From an uncultured Candidatus Marinamargulisbacteria bacterium (lineage in GTDB: Bacteria > Margulisbacteria > Marinamargulisbacteria > JABIPA01), in assembly GCA_964540745.1 (NCBI GenBank), contig CAZIOF010000163.1, positions 1-42,013 on the forward strand: 42,013 nt of DNA. Reading direction: 5' to 3'. Below are positions 7,747-17,153 of this stretch, piece after piece. The translations under genes and the position numbers were made by a program. Under the pieces are notes generated by a model. It was not told the DNA's origin. It did no database searches and was given only the letters and a program-made list of their open reading frames with translations. Each line of letters begins with the position of its first letter. The first letter of the stretch is position 1.

Positions 7747-8970
7747 ATGAACAATACAAAATTTATTCTTTGCTTAGGGGATGGCATGGCCGATCACCCT
7801 ATTGCCTCTCTACAAAATAAAACCCCTATAGAGGCCGCACACACACCTCATATGGACGCCCTTTCACAAGAAGGTCAGATAGGCATGGTTGACACTGTCC
7901 CCGAAGGGCTTCACCCTGGATCCGATGTGGCAAACATGGGCATATTAGGGTTCGATCCCCGTCAGTTCTACACAGGACGAGGCCCTATTGAAGCCGCAAG
8001 TTTAGGCCTCTCGCTACCAGACGATAAAATTGTCTTTCGCTGCAACCTTGTCCATATAGACAACAATCACATGAAAGACTTCACTGCCGATCATATTTCA
8101 ACAAACGAGGCAAACATACTAATAAATGACCTTAACCAAGCGTTTGAGGATTCTGAAATATCCTTTGTCGCTGGTGTTAGTTATCGACATATTATGATAG
8201 CCCCAAAACGTCTACTCCAACTTACAACAACCGCTCCCCATGACATTATCGGGAAAAACATTACACCTTATATTCCCAAAGGTAATGAGGAAGAAACCCT
8301 TGCTCAAATCATGGAAAAAGCGGCCAAGGTATTAACAGACTCGTCAGTAAATAAGAAACGACAACAGAAAAATAAAGGGTGGGCGTCTGCCATTTGGCCC
8401 TGGAGCCAAGGTCAAATACCAACCCTCCCCTCCTTTAAAGAAACCTATGGAATGACAGGCGGCATTATCACAGCCGTAGACCTCTTAAAAGGGTTAGGCA
8501 AACTCGCTGGATTAGAAACCCCGCATATCCCTGGTGCGACAGGGTTTTTAGATACTGACTATAGCGCAAAAATCGCCCATGCCTTCGATCTACTAAACGA
8601 CCATCAATTTGTTTACATTCATGTGGAAGCGCCTGACGAAGCAGGCCATATGGGGAATCCTAAACTAAAAACACAGGCCATTTCTGACTTTGATGCCCAT
8701 ATTATGGGCCCTGTTCGACAATACCAAAACCAACATCCCAATACCGTGATTCTTGTCTTGCCTGACCACCCAACGCCTTGTGCACTCAAAACCCATACCC
8801 GAGAAGCCGTCCCCTTTATCTTACATTACAAAGGAATCACCACAAATAATGCCACTTGCTATTCAGAAACAGAAGGAAAACAAACAGGTCTATTCTTCAA
8901 AACCCCCTGGGAACTTACCTCTCACTTTCTGTCTTCGAGTGTCCCTAACCTATCCCCTTTAACACCCTAA
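7747..8970 (+). CDS. Archaeal-type cofactor-independent phosphoglycerate mutase family protein (ApgM-like); candidate non-orthologous homoserine kinase
   Basis: 407 aa. Motifs FILCLGDGMADHP, GSDVANMGILGFDP, YTGRGPIEAAS, FRCNLV and HVEAPDEAGHMG. The ATG lies 2 nt after the thrC stop. Confidence 0.85.
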   Translation: MNNTKFILCLGDGMADHPIASLQNKTPIEAAHTPHMDALSQEGQIGMVDTVPEGLHPGSDVANMGILGFDPRQFYTGRGPIEAASLGLSLPDDKIVFRCNLVHIDNNHMKDFTADHISTNEANILINDLNQAFEDSEISFVAGVSYRHIMIAPKRLLQLTTTAPHDIIGKNITPYIPKGNEEETLAQIMEKAAKVLTDSSVNKKRQQKNKGWASAIWPWSQGQIPTLPSFKETYGMTGGIITAVDLLKGLGKLAGLETPHIPGATGFLDTDYSAKIAHAFDLLNDHQFVYIHVEAPDEAGHMGNPKLKTQAISDFDAHIMGPVRQYQNQHPNTVILVLPDHPTPCALKTHTREAVPFILHYKGITTNNATCYSETEGKQTGLFFKTPWELTSHFLSSSVPNLSPLTP

Positions 8971-8971
8971 T

Positions 8972-10003
8972 ATGAGGTGCCAAAAGGAAGCCTTTAATTT
9001 ATCCAAAAAAACTATCCTGATCACAGGAGGCGCTGGTCTTGTAGGCTCTCATATTGTAGATAATCTACTAAAAAAAAAGGTAAAACGCCTTTATATTTTA
9101 GACGACCTAAGCCGAGGAAAAACCGTCCATCTAAAAAACGCGTTAAAAACGGGCCGTATTGAGCTCATTAAAGAGTCCATAACCAATAAGACACTCGTCA
9201 CAAAACTTGTCTCAGAAAGTGATATGGTCATCCATTTAGCGGCACTCCGAATAAACCAATGTGTTCAAGACCCTAGGCATGCGTTCGATATTATGGCAGA
9301 CGGCACCTTTTCACTACTAGAGGCCTGCACTAAGTATCAAATAAAAAAAGTTCTCTTTGCCTCATCGGCATCTATCTATGGAACGGCAACTCAATTTCCA
9401 ACCCCCGAAAAACACCACCCCTACAACAACCGCACCCTATACGGAGCACTAAAACTATTTAATGAACAACTCTTTAGCGCCTTTAATGAAATGTCTCAGA
9501 TCAACGCCATAGGGGTTCGTTTTTTTAATATATATGGGCCACGAATGGATGCCACTGGAAAATATACGGAAGTCCTTATCAAATGGTATAACGCCATAAA
9601 AGAAGATAAGCCACCAACTATTTTTGGAGATGGGTCACAAACCATTGACCTCATTTATGTTAAAGATATTGCATCCATATGTGTCCAACTCTTAGAACAT
9701 CACACTACCAATACCATGGTCAATATTGGAACTGGTCAAGAAGTATCACTAAATATGCTTAGTAAGACCCTGATACACGTCATGAAGAAGACCCTTATTC
9801 CTATCCACAAACCGCTACCAAACCAACGCCAAAAAGTAGAAGTATTCCGTCGCCAAGCTGACATAAGCCACCTAAAGTCGTTACTGGGGCCCATTATATT
9901 CACCCCACTCCTAACAGGTCTAACAGAACTAGTAGACTACCTAGATAAGACACAAACGCCTCATAACGAACACTTGCTAACACCCCCTACACAACAACCA
10001 TGA
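8972..10003 (+). CDS. NAD-dependent sugar-nucleotide epimerase/dehydratase (extended SDR)
   Basis: ILITGGAGLVGSHIV (GxxGxxG) and the YGALK (YxxxK) catalytic motif. The start lies 1 nt after the preceding stop. ATGA overlap with the next ORF. Confidence 0.88.
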   Translation: MRCQKEAFNLSKKTILITGGAGLVGSHIVDNLLKKKVKRLYILDDLSRGKTVHLKNALKTGRIELIKESITNKTLVTKLVSESDMVIHLAALRINQCVQDPRHAFDIMADGTFSLLEACTKYQIKKVLFASSASIYGTATQFPTPEKHHPYNNRTLYGALKLFNEQLFSAFNEMSQINAIGVRFFNIYGPRMDATGKYTEVLIKWYNAIKEDKPPTIFGDGSQTIDLIYVKDIASICVQLLEHHTTNTMVNIGTGQEVSLNMLSKTLIHVMKKTLIPIHKPLPNQRQKVEVFRRQADISHLKSLLGPIIFTPLLTGLTELVDYLDKTQTPHNEHLLTPPTQQP

Positions 10004-12660
10004 CAAAACGATTATTACTGTCATTAGCCAGCATAACAGTCATCATCATCCTATTTTATCTCGGTCATATCTTTCAAAATCCACAAACCTCATCTGGGAT
10101 CCATCTCTTCATCGATCCCAAATATATCGCATTAATGGACGTCTACAAAAAAGAAGCTCGAAGCCATATCATTGAAAACAATAAAGGTATTATTCTCCCA
10201 AAACACAAACAAAAATTTCCTTGTAAAATACAGTTCAAGAATAAACAAATGAACGCCTCTATTCGGCTCAAGGGAGATTGGACCGATCACCTGGAAGACG
10301 ATAAGTGGTCATTTCGAATTACCCTGACTGGGAAAGATAGACTTTTCGGACTGAAATCATTTTCACTACAACACCCTAAACGACGCAATTACATCTATGA
10401 ATGGATCTATCATGCACTCTTAAAACAAAAACAACTCATCTCTCTTTATTATGACTTCATTCCGTTCTATCTCAATAATAGCTATCAAGGACTATACGCC
10501 ATAGAAGAGCATATGACTAAAAACCTCTATTTTCATAATCAACGACGAGACAGTGTTACCCTAAAATTTGATGAGACCCTATATTGGGCCGATCTAGCCT
10601 TAAATGGCCGTCACGGACACTATTTACAATCAAGAGAAACCGCGCCTATTAGACCGTTTCAAGAAAAAAATGTCCTTCATTCACCTAAAAAAAGAGCCCT
10701 CTTTGATCTAGGTCGATATCTATTAGAAGGCTTTTCTACAAAACAACTATCCACCTCACAAGCATTCAATATGGATACCCTTGCACAATTTATTATACTG
10801 TCCGAATTTATGGGCGCTAAACTTCATCAAATCTACTGGCATAATGCCCGCTTCTATGTGGATCCTATTACCGCAACACTAGAGCCCATCGGTTTTGATT
10901 CAGATTCAGGTGAAACACTTAAAAAAAGAGAGGCTCATCGATTCTTACTTGCTGAATTTGATAACTTCTTTTTCCTCTGGTTCGAAGACCCCCTGTTCTA
11001 CGCCACCTATATGAAACACTTATACACACTCGTTCACAACGATCTCTTAGCCCCTATCAAAACGCCTTTACTAAACCGTCACCAACAGCTAACCCAAACC
11101 CTACTAAATAGCCCCCCATTTACGGTCACATCCAATATTATTCTTGATAATCAACAGACACTAAAATCAGCATTCACACCTAAAAGCCCTTTTTCAATCA
11201 CGTCCAAATCGCCCAAAATGATCGGCATCACAAATGATGAAAAACTCCCCTTTGTCATTACTAAGATAAACACTGATTCTTCCCCAACTCTAATACAAGA
11301 ACGTCTCATTATCTACCCAAAAAGAACACATCCAAATCACCATCAAGAAACCATCGCACTCCCTTACCCTGTTCACGGTAATAACACCATAAATATTCAC
11401 TTCCATCCATTAGGACATCCCCATCTCACACAATCCTACAAGACCCAAATAAACAACAACAGTAAAAAAACCAAACAACAATACTCCTTCTCCACAAAGG
11501 CCCCCTCTAAACAACTCCCCTTCTTATTAGCCTATCATCACAGTCAGCCACAACATCACCTAATAGTTGGAAACCCTCATCCCGTGCCGATGATCGTCAC
11601 AGATGTGATACAACAAGAAAAAAGCCTAATAAAAGTATCACTAACACTTCCTAAAAAGACCGTTAACACCCCCATCACTTATCAGACAATCTCCTTACCA
11701 GATACTATAAAACAGGATGCCCCCATCACACTCCAGTATCATGACACAAATAACAAGCACAACACCTCTGAGGTCCTTGCTTGGGACAGATATCCCACTG
11801 ATATCACGCAACATAGTCCCTTTCTTAACCCAGCATTCAAAAAAACCCCCCCATTTTGTGAGATAAATCATGACACAAAGTTTATCCAAATAAAGCCAGG
11901 AAACTGGACCTTAGATCGACCATGGATAACACCAAAAGGATATCGCTTAAACTGCAATAAAAACACCTCTTTAACCCTAGAAAATAACGCCTTCATTATC
12001 AGCCAAGGCCCTTGCTATTTTAAGGGTACAAAAGAAGCCCCCATCCAGTTCATCGCGAAACACGACGGTCAAGGACTTCTCATTACAGCCAAAGTCCCTT
12101 CTCAATTTAGCTATGTCAATATCAGCGGATTACAACCACCCAAATATGGAAAATGGGACTTAACAGGCGGGCTTACCGCCTATAACACAACCCTCTCCCT
12201 CAGCCATTGTACATTTAGTAACAATCAAAGTGGCGATGATTACGTCAATATCATTCGGTCATCATTTTCCATCTCAGACTGTCATTTTCAAGAGACAAAA
12301 CGAGACGCTATTGATAGTGACTTCAGTTCTGGCTCTATTAAACACACCTCATTCAAATCTGTAGGCCAAGATGCTATTGATACGGCCAATAGCACACTCA
12401 CACTCTTGGATATTACGATTGAAGATGTAAAAGACAAAGGAATCAGCGCAGGTGAAAAAAGTCATCTCAATATCACCTCACTCACTATCAAAAATGCTGA
12501 AATCGGTATCGCTAGTAAAGACGACTCACTTGTAGAGGGTAGCAAGATAACAATTACAAAAACAAAAAAGCCGCTTTTAGCCTATTCTAAAAAGGCTGGT
12601 TTTGGAGACGGTCTGTTTGCCATCACAGACCCACCAACCAATCCTAACAAAAAACAGTGA
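10000..12660 (+). CDS. CotH-kinase-family domain protein with N-terminal TM anchor and C-terminal right-handed beta-helix repeats
   Basis: IRLKGDWTDHLEDDKWSFRITL...FSLQHPKRRNYIYEWIYHALL...YQGLYAIEEH fits the CotH pattern. The C-terminal ~230 aa shows PbH1-like repeats (LSLSHCTFSNN, FSISDCHFQE, SGSIKHTSFKS, LTLLDITIEDV, LNITSLTIKNA). A His/Pro/Gln/Thr-rich low-complexity insert sits at aa ~440-530. Confidence 0.7.
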   Translation: MTKRLLLSLASITVIIILFYLGHIFQNPQTSSGIHLFIDPKYIALMDVYKKEARSHIIENNKGIILPKHKQKFPCKIQFKNKQMNASIRLKGDWTDHLEDDKWSFRITLTGKDRLFGLKSFSLQHPKRRNYIYEWIYHALLKQKQLISLYYDFIPFYLNNSYQGLYAIEEHMTKNLYFHNQRRDSVTLKFDETLYWADLALNGRHGHYLQSRETAPIRPFQEKNVLHSPKKRALFDLGRYLLEGFSTKQLSTSQAFNMDTLAQFIILSEFMGAKLHQIYWHNARFYVDPITATLEPIGFDSDSGETLKKREAHRFLLAEFDNFFFLWFEDPLFYATYMKHLYTLVHNDLLAPIKTPLLNRHQQLTQTLLNSPPFTVTSNIILDNQQTLKSAFTPKSPFSITSKSPKMIGITNDEKLPFVITKINTDSSPTLIQERLIIYPKRTHPNHHQETIALPYPVHGNNTINIHFHPLGHPHLTQSYKTQINNNSKKTKQQYSFSTKAPSKQLPFLLAYHHSQPQHHLIVGNPHPVPMIVTDVIQQEKSLIKVSLTLPKKTVNTPITYQTISLPDTIKQDAPITLQYHDTNNKHNTSEVLAWDRYPTDITQHSPFLNPAFKKTPPFCEINHDTKFIQIKPGNWTLDRPWITPKGYRLNCNKNTSLTLENNAFIISQGPCYFKGTKEAPIQFIAKHDGQGLLITAKVPSQFSYVNISGLQPPKYGKWDLTGGLTAYNTTLSLSHCTFSNNQSGDDYVNIIRSSFSISDCHFQETKRDAIDSDFSSGSIKHTSFKSVGQDAIDTANSTLTLLDITIEDVKDKGISAGEKSHLNITSLTIKNAEIGIASKDDSLVEGSKITITKTKKPLLAYSKKAGFGDGLFAITDPPTNPNKKQ

Positions 12661-13451
12661 TCCGGCTCTAACTCAAATGATGTTTGCATCCATTCAAAAT
12701 CAATCCCACCCACAAGACAAAACCCCAATGAATAAGAGGCCTGTCGCATTCTGAGACGCTGTGTCAATTGCCCCAATTGAATAAAATGATTATCTACGCC
12801 CTGTTTACCCACAAAAAAGAAAGCAAATTGACCTCGCTTGATCAGGGGACCATTAACCCCTGTAAATACCTTTTCTATCATTTCATCCATAGACTTTACA
12901 AATATTAACGTGTCATCACAAAATGAATAAGTATAAAGTCCGGGGCAAAGAAAATCAAAAGCCCCTTCTCTAATCCAAATAAACAAACGAAAAGATATCG
13001 CCGTCTCCATAAAAACCATCGGCTCTGATAAATGAGACAAAAATAATAAAAAATCCTCTTTTGGGATACACTGATTAGAAAAATAGCGATGACTACGACA
13101 ACCACCCTCCTCAGAATCCTGAGATTGAGAATGCGTTTCAAGTAACACCGCTGGCTGATGAGCAATAGTCTTTTGCAATAACAAATCAGACTTATAATGC
13201 CTCAAAATTTCAGATAATGTAGGGTTAGCTATCAACGCATGAACATCAATATCAGACACTAAATAAGGCTGTAATGTATGATACAGCTGTACCATAAGCA
13301 AAGAAGTGGCTCCACATTCAAACAAATTTTTATCAAAAGGAATCTCTGTTACGGATAACCGGGGCCCCAAAATAGAACAAATCGCTTGAGAAACAGGGTC
13401 CTTCATAGACGCCACCAAAGAAAAGGATATCAGATTATCCATAAAAAGCAC
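12582..13451 (-). CDS. Stand-alone carrier protein (PCP) fused to a nitroreductase-like Ox domain
   Basis: N-terminal carrier motif LFECGATSLLMVQLYHTLQ (Ser codon 13302-13304). Then RSHRYFSNQCIPKEDFLLFLSHL ... PGLYTYS ... LGFCLVGGIDF ... HCFLLGLVGG, typical of an FMN oxidase of the nitroreductase superfamily. GTG at 13451, or ATG at 13442, overlaps the upstream stop. Confidence 0.72.
   Translation of the reverse strand: MLFMDNLISFSLVASMKDPVSQAICSILGPRLSVTEIPFDKNLFECGATSLLMVQLYHTLQPYLVSDIDVHALIANPTLSEILRHYKSDLLLQKTIAHQPAVLLETHSQSQDSEEGGCRSHRYFSNQCIPKEDFLLFLSHLSEPMVFMETAISFRLFIWIREGAFDFLCPGLYTYSFCDDTLIFVKSMDEMIEKVFTGVNGPLIKRGQFAFFFVGKQGVDNHFIQLGQLTQRLRMRQASYSLGFCLVGGIDFEWMQTSFELEPDHCFLLGLVGGSVMANRPSPKPAFLE
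12627..13124 (-). other. Ox (nitroreductase-like) domain (approximate)
   Basis: RxxRxF start motif, GLYxY, and a C-terminal G-rich strand, as in NRPS thiazoline oxidase domains. Confidence 0.55.
13182..13406 (-). other. PCP domain (approximate)
   Basis: G-A-T-S-L variant of the GxDS(L/I) phosphopantetheine attachment motif, followed by a helical pattern. Confidence 0.6.
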
Positions 13452-14130
13452 CCTCCAATTCAGGCAACAAAGAATCCCGTCTCATCAGCTTTAAAGGATT
13501 CCCCATATAAACACCCCCATCAGACAAATCCTCTAGAACAAGACTAGCGGCGCCTACTAAAACACCCACCCCTACGGAAATAGGAAGCGCAATCGTACTC
13601 CCCATCCCTATATAAGCATAAGGTTTAACCTGAACACGTGCCGTCAATCGTGTATCAAATGAGACAATCGCGCCCTCATAAATATGGCATTCAAAACCAA
13701 TTTTTGAGGACACAATTTGACAAAAATCGCCGATTTGAACACCTTTAGAAATCATTGATTGAGGAAAAACAATCACCCCATGTCCTAATACGGCAGACGA
13801 ATGGACATACGCTGTTGGATGAACCAAGGTTTCAAATCGATTCTTAGGGATTCCTAAGTCCTGCAATATCTTATGTCGAACTAACCGATTCTTAAATGAC
13901 GCAATACCAAATATGAATTGTACAGAGGGAAACGTCTTAACCATCGATAACAGACCTAAAACAGGCGTTCCCTCGATGGACTGATCATGCCACTGAGGAT
14001 CATCATCTAAAATTCCAATGACCCTATACCGTAATTGAACGGCATTAATATCATCTATCAAACCTAAAATCTCTGAAGAGGCTGAAGCCCCAATAATCAC
14101 CAAATCTTGACGTACTATACTCATACGCAC
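13435..14130 (-). CDS. NeuD/PglD-family hexapeptide-repeat acetyltransferase
   Basis: N-terminal Rossmann-like LVIIGASASSEILGLIDDIN...VIGILDDDPQ...GTPVLG. Left-handed beta-helix hexapeptide repeats follow (HSSAVLGHGVIVFPQSMISKGVQIGDFCQI...), ending in YMGNPLKLM. The start lies 1 nt after the upstream stop. Confidence 0.85.
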   Translation of the reverse strand: MRMSIVRQDLVIIGASASSEILGLIDDINAVQLRYRVIGILDDDPQWHDQSIEGTPVLGLLSMVKTFPSVQFIFGIASFKNRLVRHKILQDLGIPKNRFETLVHPTAYVHSSAVLGHGVIVFPQSMISKGVQIGDFCQIVSSKIGFECHIYEGAIVSFDTRLTARVQVKPYAYIGMGSTIALPISVGVGVLVGAASLVLEDLSDGGVYMGNPLKLMRRDSLLPELEGAFYG

Positions 14131-14131
14131 A

Positions 14132-17110
14132 TCATACCAAGACTTTTTGATTTAAACACAAGCAAACATAGGTACTCAGTCGATTAAAGGTCGGGTAATC
14201 ATGACACACAATAGGTTCAAGATTTAACATAAACTGTTTATTAATACGATCAATAACCTGCAAAATCTGAAGAGAGGTTAAACCCATTTCTACAAACGTT
14301 GAATCCGACAAAGAAATCACACATGTTTCTGGAAAACATGCCTTTAATGGGCCCAAAATATCGTCTATAGCCACAGTCGATCGACCCTTCGTGTCCAACA
14401 TAAACAGGTCTTTTCTAATAAGCTCTTCAATAACATAAGCACTTAATTCTTTAGGTGTTTCATAAGTATAAATGTCTATCTCAGATAACGATAAGGACAA
14501 CATGGTATTCATATCAGAAGCCAATCGCCTAGCCACAATAGAGTCAACGCCTAAATCAATGAATGAGACATGATAATCTTGAACTAAAAACGCACCTAAA
14601 ATACGTGTTAAACTAGACAGAAAAAGGGACATCACCCCATGAGAATAAGGGCAAGAACGAGAAACAAAGGAACTAAAAGTTCCAAAAAAATCATTATCTT
14701 CTATAGAAGAGCATGATTGAAAAGCCTTAATAAGGGTCGCAACTGTTGTAGAACCATCTAAAGCCTCTTTAGGTAAATAACCCAAGTAACACGTTAAATC
14801 ATCTAAAAATGTCTCTCTATTTGATAATGCGTTTAAGGTCACATCAAGGTGAGACTGGTCAATAGATTTTCCGGACAAAACACTCAAAATAGAATATAAC
14901 TCCATCATTAACAACCAGGACAACCACAGACGATAGCCTTGTGCACCAGAAGAATCACTATCGACAACACGTCTATCTGCGTCACTATTTAATCGTCTTT
15001 GCCGACAAAAAATATCCTTACGACCTAAGCGGTATTTTATCAAAACACCGTACCCCTCATTTTCTAAATCCTCGGGACGATAGTTAGGAATACAGGTTTC
15101 AATTGTGGCCCCATGCAATTGATGAAATCTTAAATTGGAATCGATTGAAAACCCATCCTTATCTTGAAACTCAATATAACGCTCATATGGAAGAGACACA
15201 ACAGACTTATATGCCTGACAAGAGGACACCCCTATCACATCTACTATTTTCGGATCTAATACGGCTTGATATAACAAATGATTGAGTAATACACTTGCTG
15301 CATCTGGCACGAGCTCACTAGAAGAAGTATGAATCCCTAGAATCTGTAAAAGAGTCCCTTCTTTATCTTGACTATCCAAAAGGTGATTAAACCTAAGAGA
15401 CGTTAAGTCAGTATTCTTTGGAATAGATTGAGCATAAATCACACCTATGACCTTCTCTTGTTCACACAACACCATACACCACCTAGGGTTGGACAATAAT
15501 CGTTCTCTTAAGACCGACTTATCAAGCCTTAACGACTCTGGCACACCGTCAGAAACTAATGTTAAACAATGGGGGACATCAGACAAACGAAGATAACGAA
15601 TGTGATACGGTTTTTTCTCATAGTGATTAAGTGTGATTCGGGTATAAGAAGTTGCCACTGGATAAAACTGAGCAGATAGATATTTAGGAAAAAGCCCCGA
15701 TTCTGAAGCTGACATATTAAACTGAAACGCATCTACCAGAAACTGAGATGAAAACCCATGAATAGCATCAAAAGAAATTGCAATACTTTCGTTACCGACC
15801 TGCCTCTTTACACTTGTACTCAAACCATGAACCTCTAAAAGGGTAATTCCTGCCCGCCCAACAATCTTAGCCCAACGTTTTAAATGGTCCCTCAAATTAC
15901 AAAGAATCACCGACTCTGAAATAATATCGCCCGTTGAGGAAACACACGGCTGGACACCTGATAATTGCATAGGTAAAAAGCACGCTTCTTGATCTGGTTT
16001 TATAAACATTCGATTATGATCAATAAAAGAATGAAGGTATAAGGTTCTATCAGAATCCGTATCGTCTATCATGTCCATAAAGACATCCGGCCTTGAAACA
16101 TCGCCTTGAACAACAATATAAGGATAACCATCTAATGTTTTTCGAGCTTCAGCCAAAGCCTCCTGATTATAATCCACACCTACTAACGTTAAAGGATACT
16201 TATCTAAAACATGGCCACGTTTAGTCTTAGTTAAAACCCTATCGTAGACCCGTCGTAACAACGTACCATCACCACAACCAATATCCATGATATATCGCGG
16301 TTGTTCATCAAAATCATCTGAATCAAAAAGAGATAAAGCGCTTTCAATTAATTGATTAAAATACACATCATGCTGAATCCCACTACCCAACACGTTCAGC
16401 GTCCTATCCACATGACCTTCAAACCCCAACGGCATCCGATTAAAAACAGACTGACAATCACCAAACAAAAGCGTATCCATATCGGATAACATGGGCTGAT
16501 AAGAACCAATAATAGCAGCACTCCAAATAACATCTAAAAGTTGTCTTCCTAAAGCGGTTAACACACGTGTCTCGGAGTTCACCCAACCCTTGACTTTAAA
16601 AAGCGTAAAAACATCCTTAGAAAGGCTATCCGGAATATCTAAAACATGATCCCATCGAGAGGTCTTAGGATTCTGTCGAAACATAGATCGTAACGATAAC
16701 AGAAAAGGAAGAAGCACAACCCCATCAAGATAATCAGCCACCCTATCATCAGATAAAGACCAACGATTTTCTATGTCCGTAAACCACTGTAAGGAACTAT
16801 ACACTGTATGATTGACAGTTTGAGAACGGGAATAAACGGTCACCAAAGAATCAGGAATTTTCGATATAGTCGCTTTAGAGAGACCCATCTGATAGTTCCC
16901 TAAAGAATCCACTGTAAACCACCCCATACTAACCAATAGGTTCAAAGCCACACTAAAATGACCCTGGTTAAGATTAAACTGGTGAGTCAACGACGAGAAT
17001 GAAATAGACGCCCCTTCAAAAAACACATCAAAAACCCCATGCTTTCTAAGAGAAAGAACCGTTGGGATGGCAACAAAACCTGTACAATAGTGATTAATAA
17101 GCATACTCAA
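14132..17110 (-). CDS. PKS-type MT - GNAT-like - ACP - ACP protein (SxtA/CurA/AprA-loading-module-like)
   Basis: 992 aa. N-terminus INHYCTGFVAIPTVLSLRKHGVFDVF, SAM motif IMDIGCGDGTLL (16265-16285), and a GNAT-like block at aa ~500-700. Two carrier motifs: IDLGVDSIVARRL (Ser 14540-14542) and EMGLTSLQILQVI (Ser 14273-14275). Confidence 0.8.
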   Translation of the reverse strand: MSMLINHYCTGFVAIPTVLSLRKHGVFDVFFEGASISFSSLTHQFNLNQGHFSVALNLLVSMGWFTVDSLGNYQMGLSKATISKIPDSLVTVYSRSQTVNHTVYSSLQWFTDIENRWSLSDDRVADYLDGVVLLPFLLSLRSMFRQNPKTSRWDHVLDIPDSLSKDVFTLFKVKGWVNSETRVLTALGRQLLDVIWSAAIIGSYQPMLSDMDTLLFGDCQSVFNRMPLGFEGHVDRTLNVLGSGIQHDVYFNQLIESALSLFDSDDFDEQPRYIMDIGCGDGTLLRRVYDRVLTKTKRGHVLDKYPLTLVGVDYNQEALAEARKTLDGYPYIVVQGDVSRPDVFMDMIDDTDSDRTLYLHSFIDHNRMFIKPDQEACFLPMQLSGVQPCVSSTGDIISESVILCNLRDHLKRWAKIVGRAGITLLEVHGLSTSVKRQVGNESIAISFDAIHGFSSQFLVDAFQFNMSASESGLFPKYLSAQFYPVATSYTRITLNHYEKKPYHIRYLRLSDVPHCLTLVSDGVPESLRLDKSVLRERLLSNPRWCMVLCEQEKVIGVIYAQSIPKNTDLTSLRFNHLLDSQDKEGTLLQILGIHTSSSELVPDAASVLLNHLLYQAVLDPKIVDVIGVSSCQAYKSVVSLPYERYIEFQDKDGFSIDSNLRFHQLHGATIETCIPNYRPEDLENEGYGVLIKYRLGRKDIFCRQRRLNSDADRRVVDSDSSGAQGYRLWLSWLLMMELYSILSVLSGKSIDQSHLDVTLNALSNRETFLDDLTCYLGYLPKEALDGSTTVATLIKAFQSCSSIEDNDFFGTFSSFVSRSCPYSHGVMSLFLSSLTRILGAFLVQDYHVSFIDLGVDSIVARRLASDMNTMLSLSLSEIDIYTYETPKELSAYVIEELIRKDLFMLDTKGRSTVAIDDILGPLKACFPETCVISLSDSTFVEMGLTSLQILQVIDRINKQFMLNLEPIVCHDYPTFNRLSTYVCLCLNQKVLV
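14156..14368 (-). other. ACP domain 2 (approximate)
   Basis: MGLTSLQ attachment-motif variant. Confidence 0.6.
14411..14638 (-). other. ACP domain 1 (approximate)
   Basis: LGVDSIV attachment motif. Confidence 0.7.
15011..15613 (-). other. GNAT-like domain (approximate)
   Basis: It sits between the MT and the ACPs. HIRYLRLSDV...WCMVLCEQEKVIGVIYAQS...LLQILGIHT...GYGVLIKYRL has a GNAT-like strand/helix pattern. The call rests on architectural analogy. Confidence 0.45.
15641..17110 (-). other. Class I SAM methyltransferase region with helical N-terminal lid (approximate)
   Basis: DIGCGDG motif I, VGVDYN motif II-like, LLEVHG. Confidence 0.65.
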
Positions 17111-17153
17111 ATGCCCACTCCCAGATGCCCCTCATTAATGAGGTCCCATAACA

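Noticed and set aside
6643-8962. ORFs 6643-6909 (-), 7318-7545 (-) and 8753-8962 (+, alternate frame)
   Set aside because: They overlap thrC or the ApgM-like gene, both of which carry strong family motifs in their own frames.
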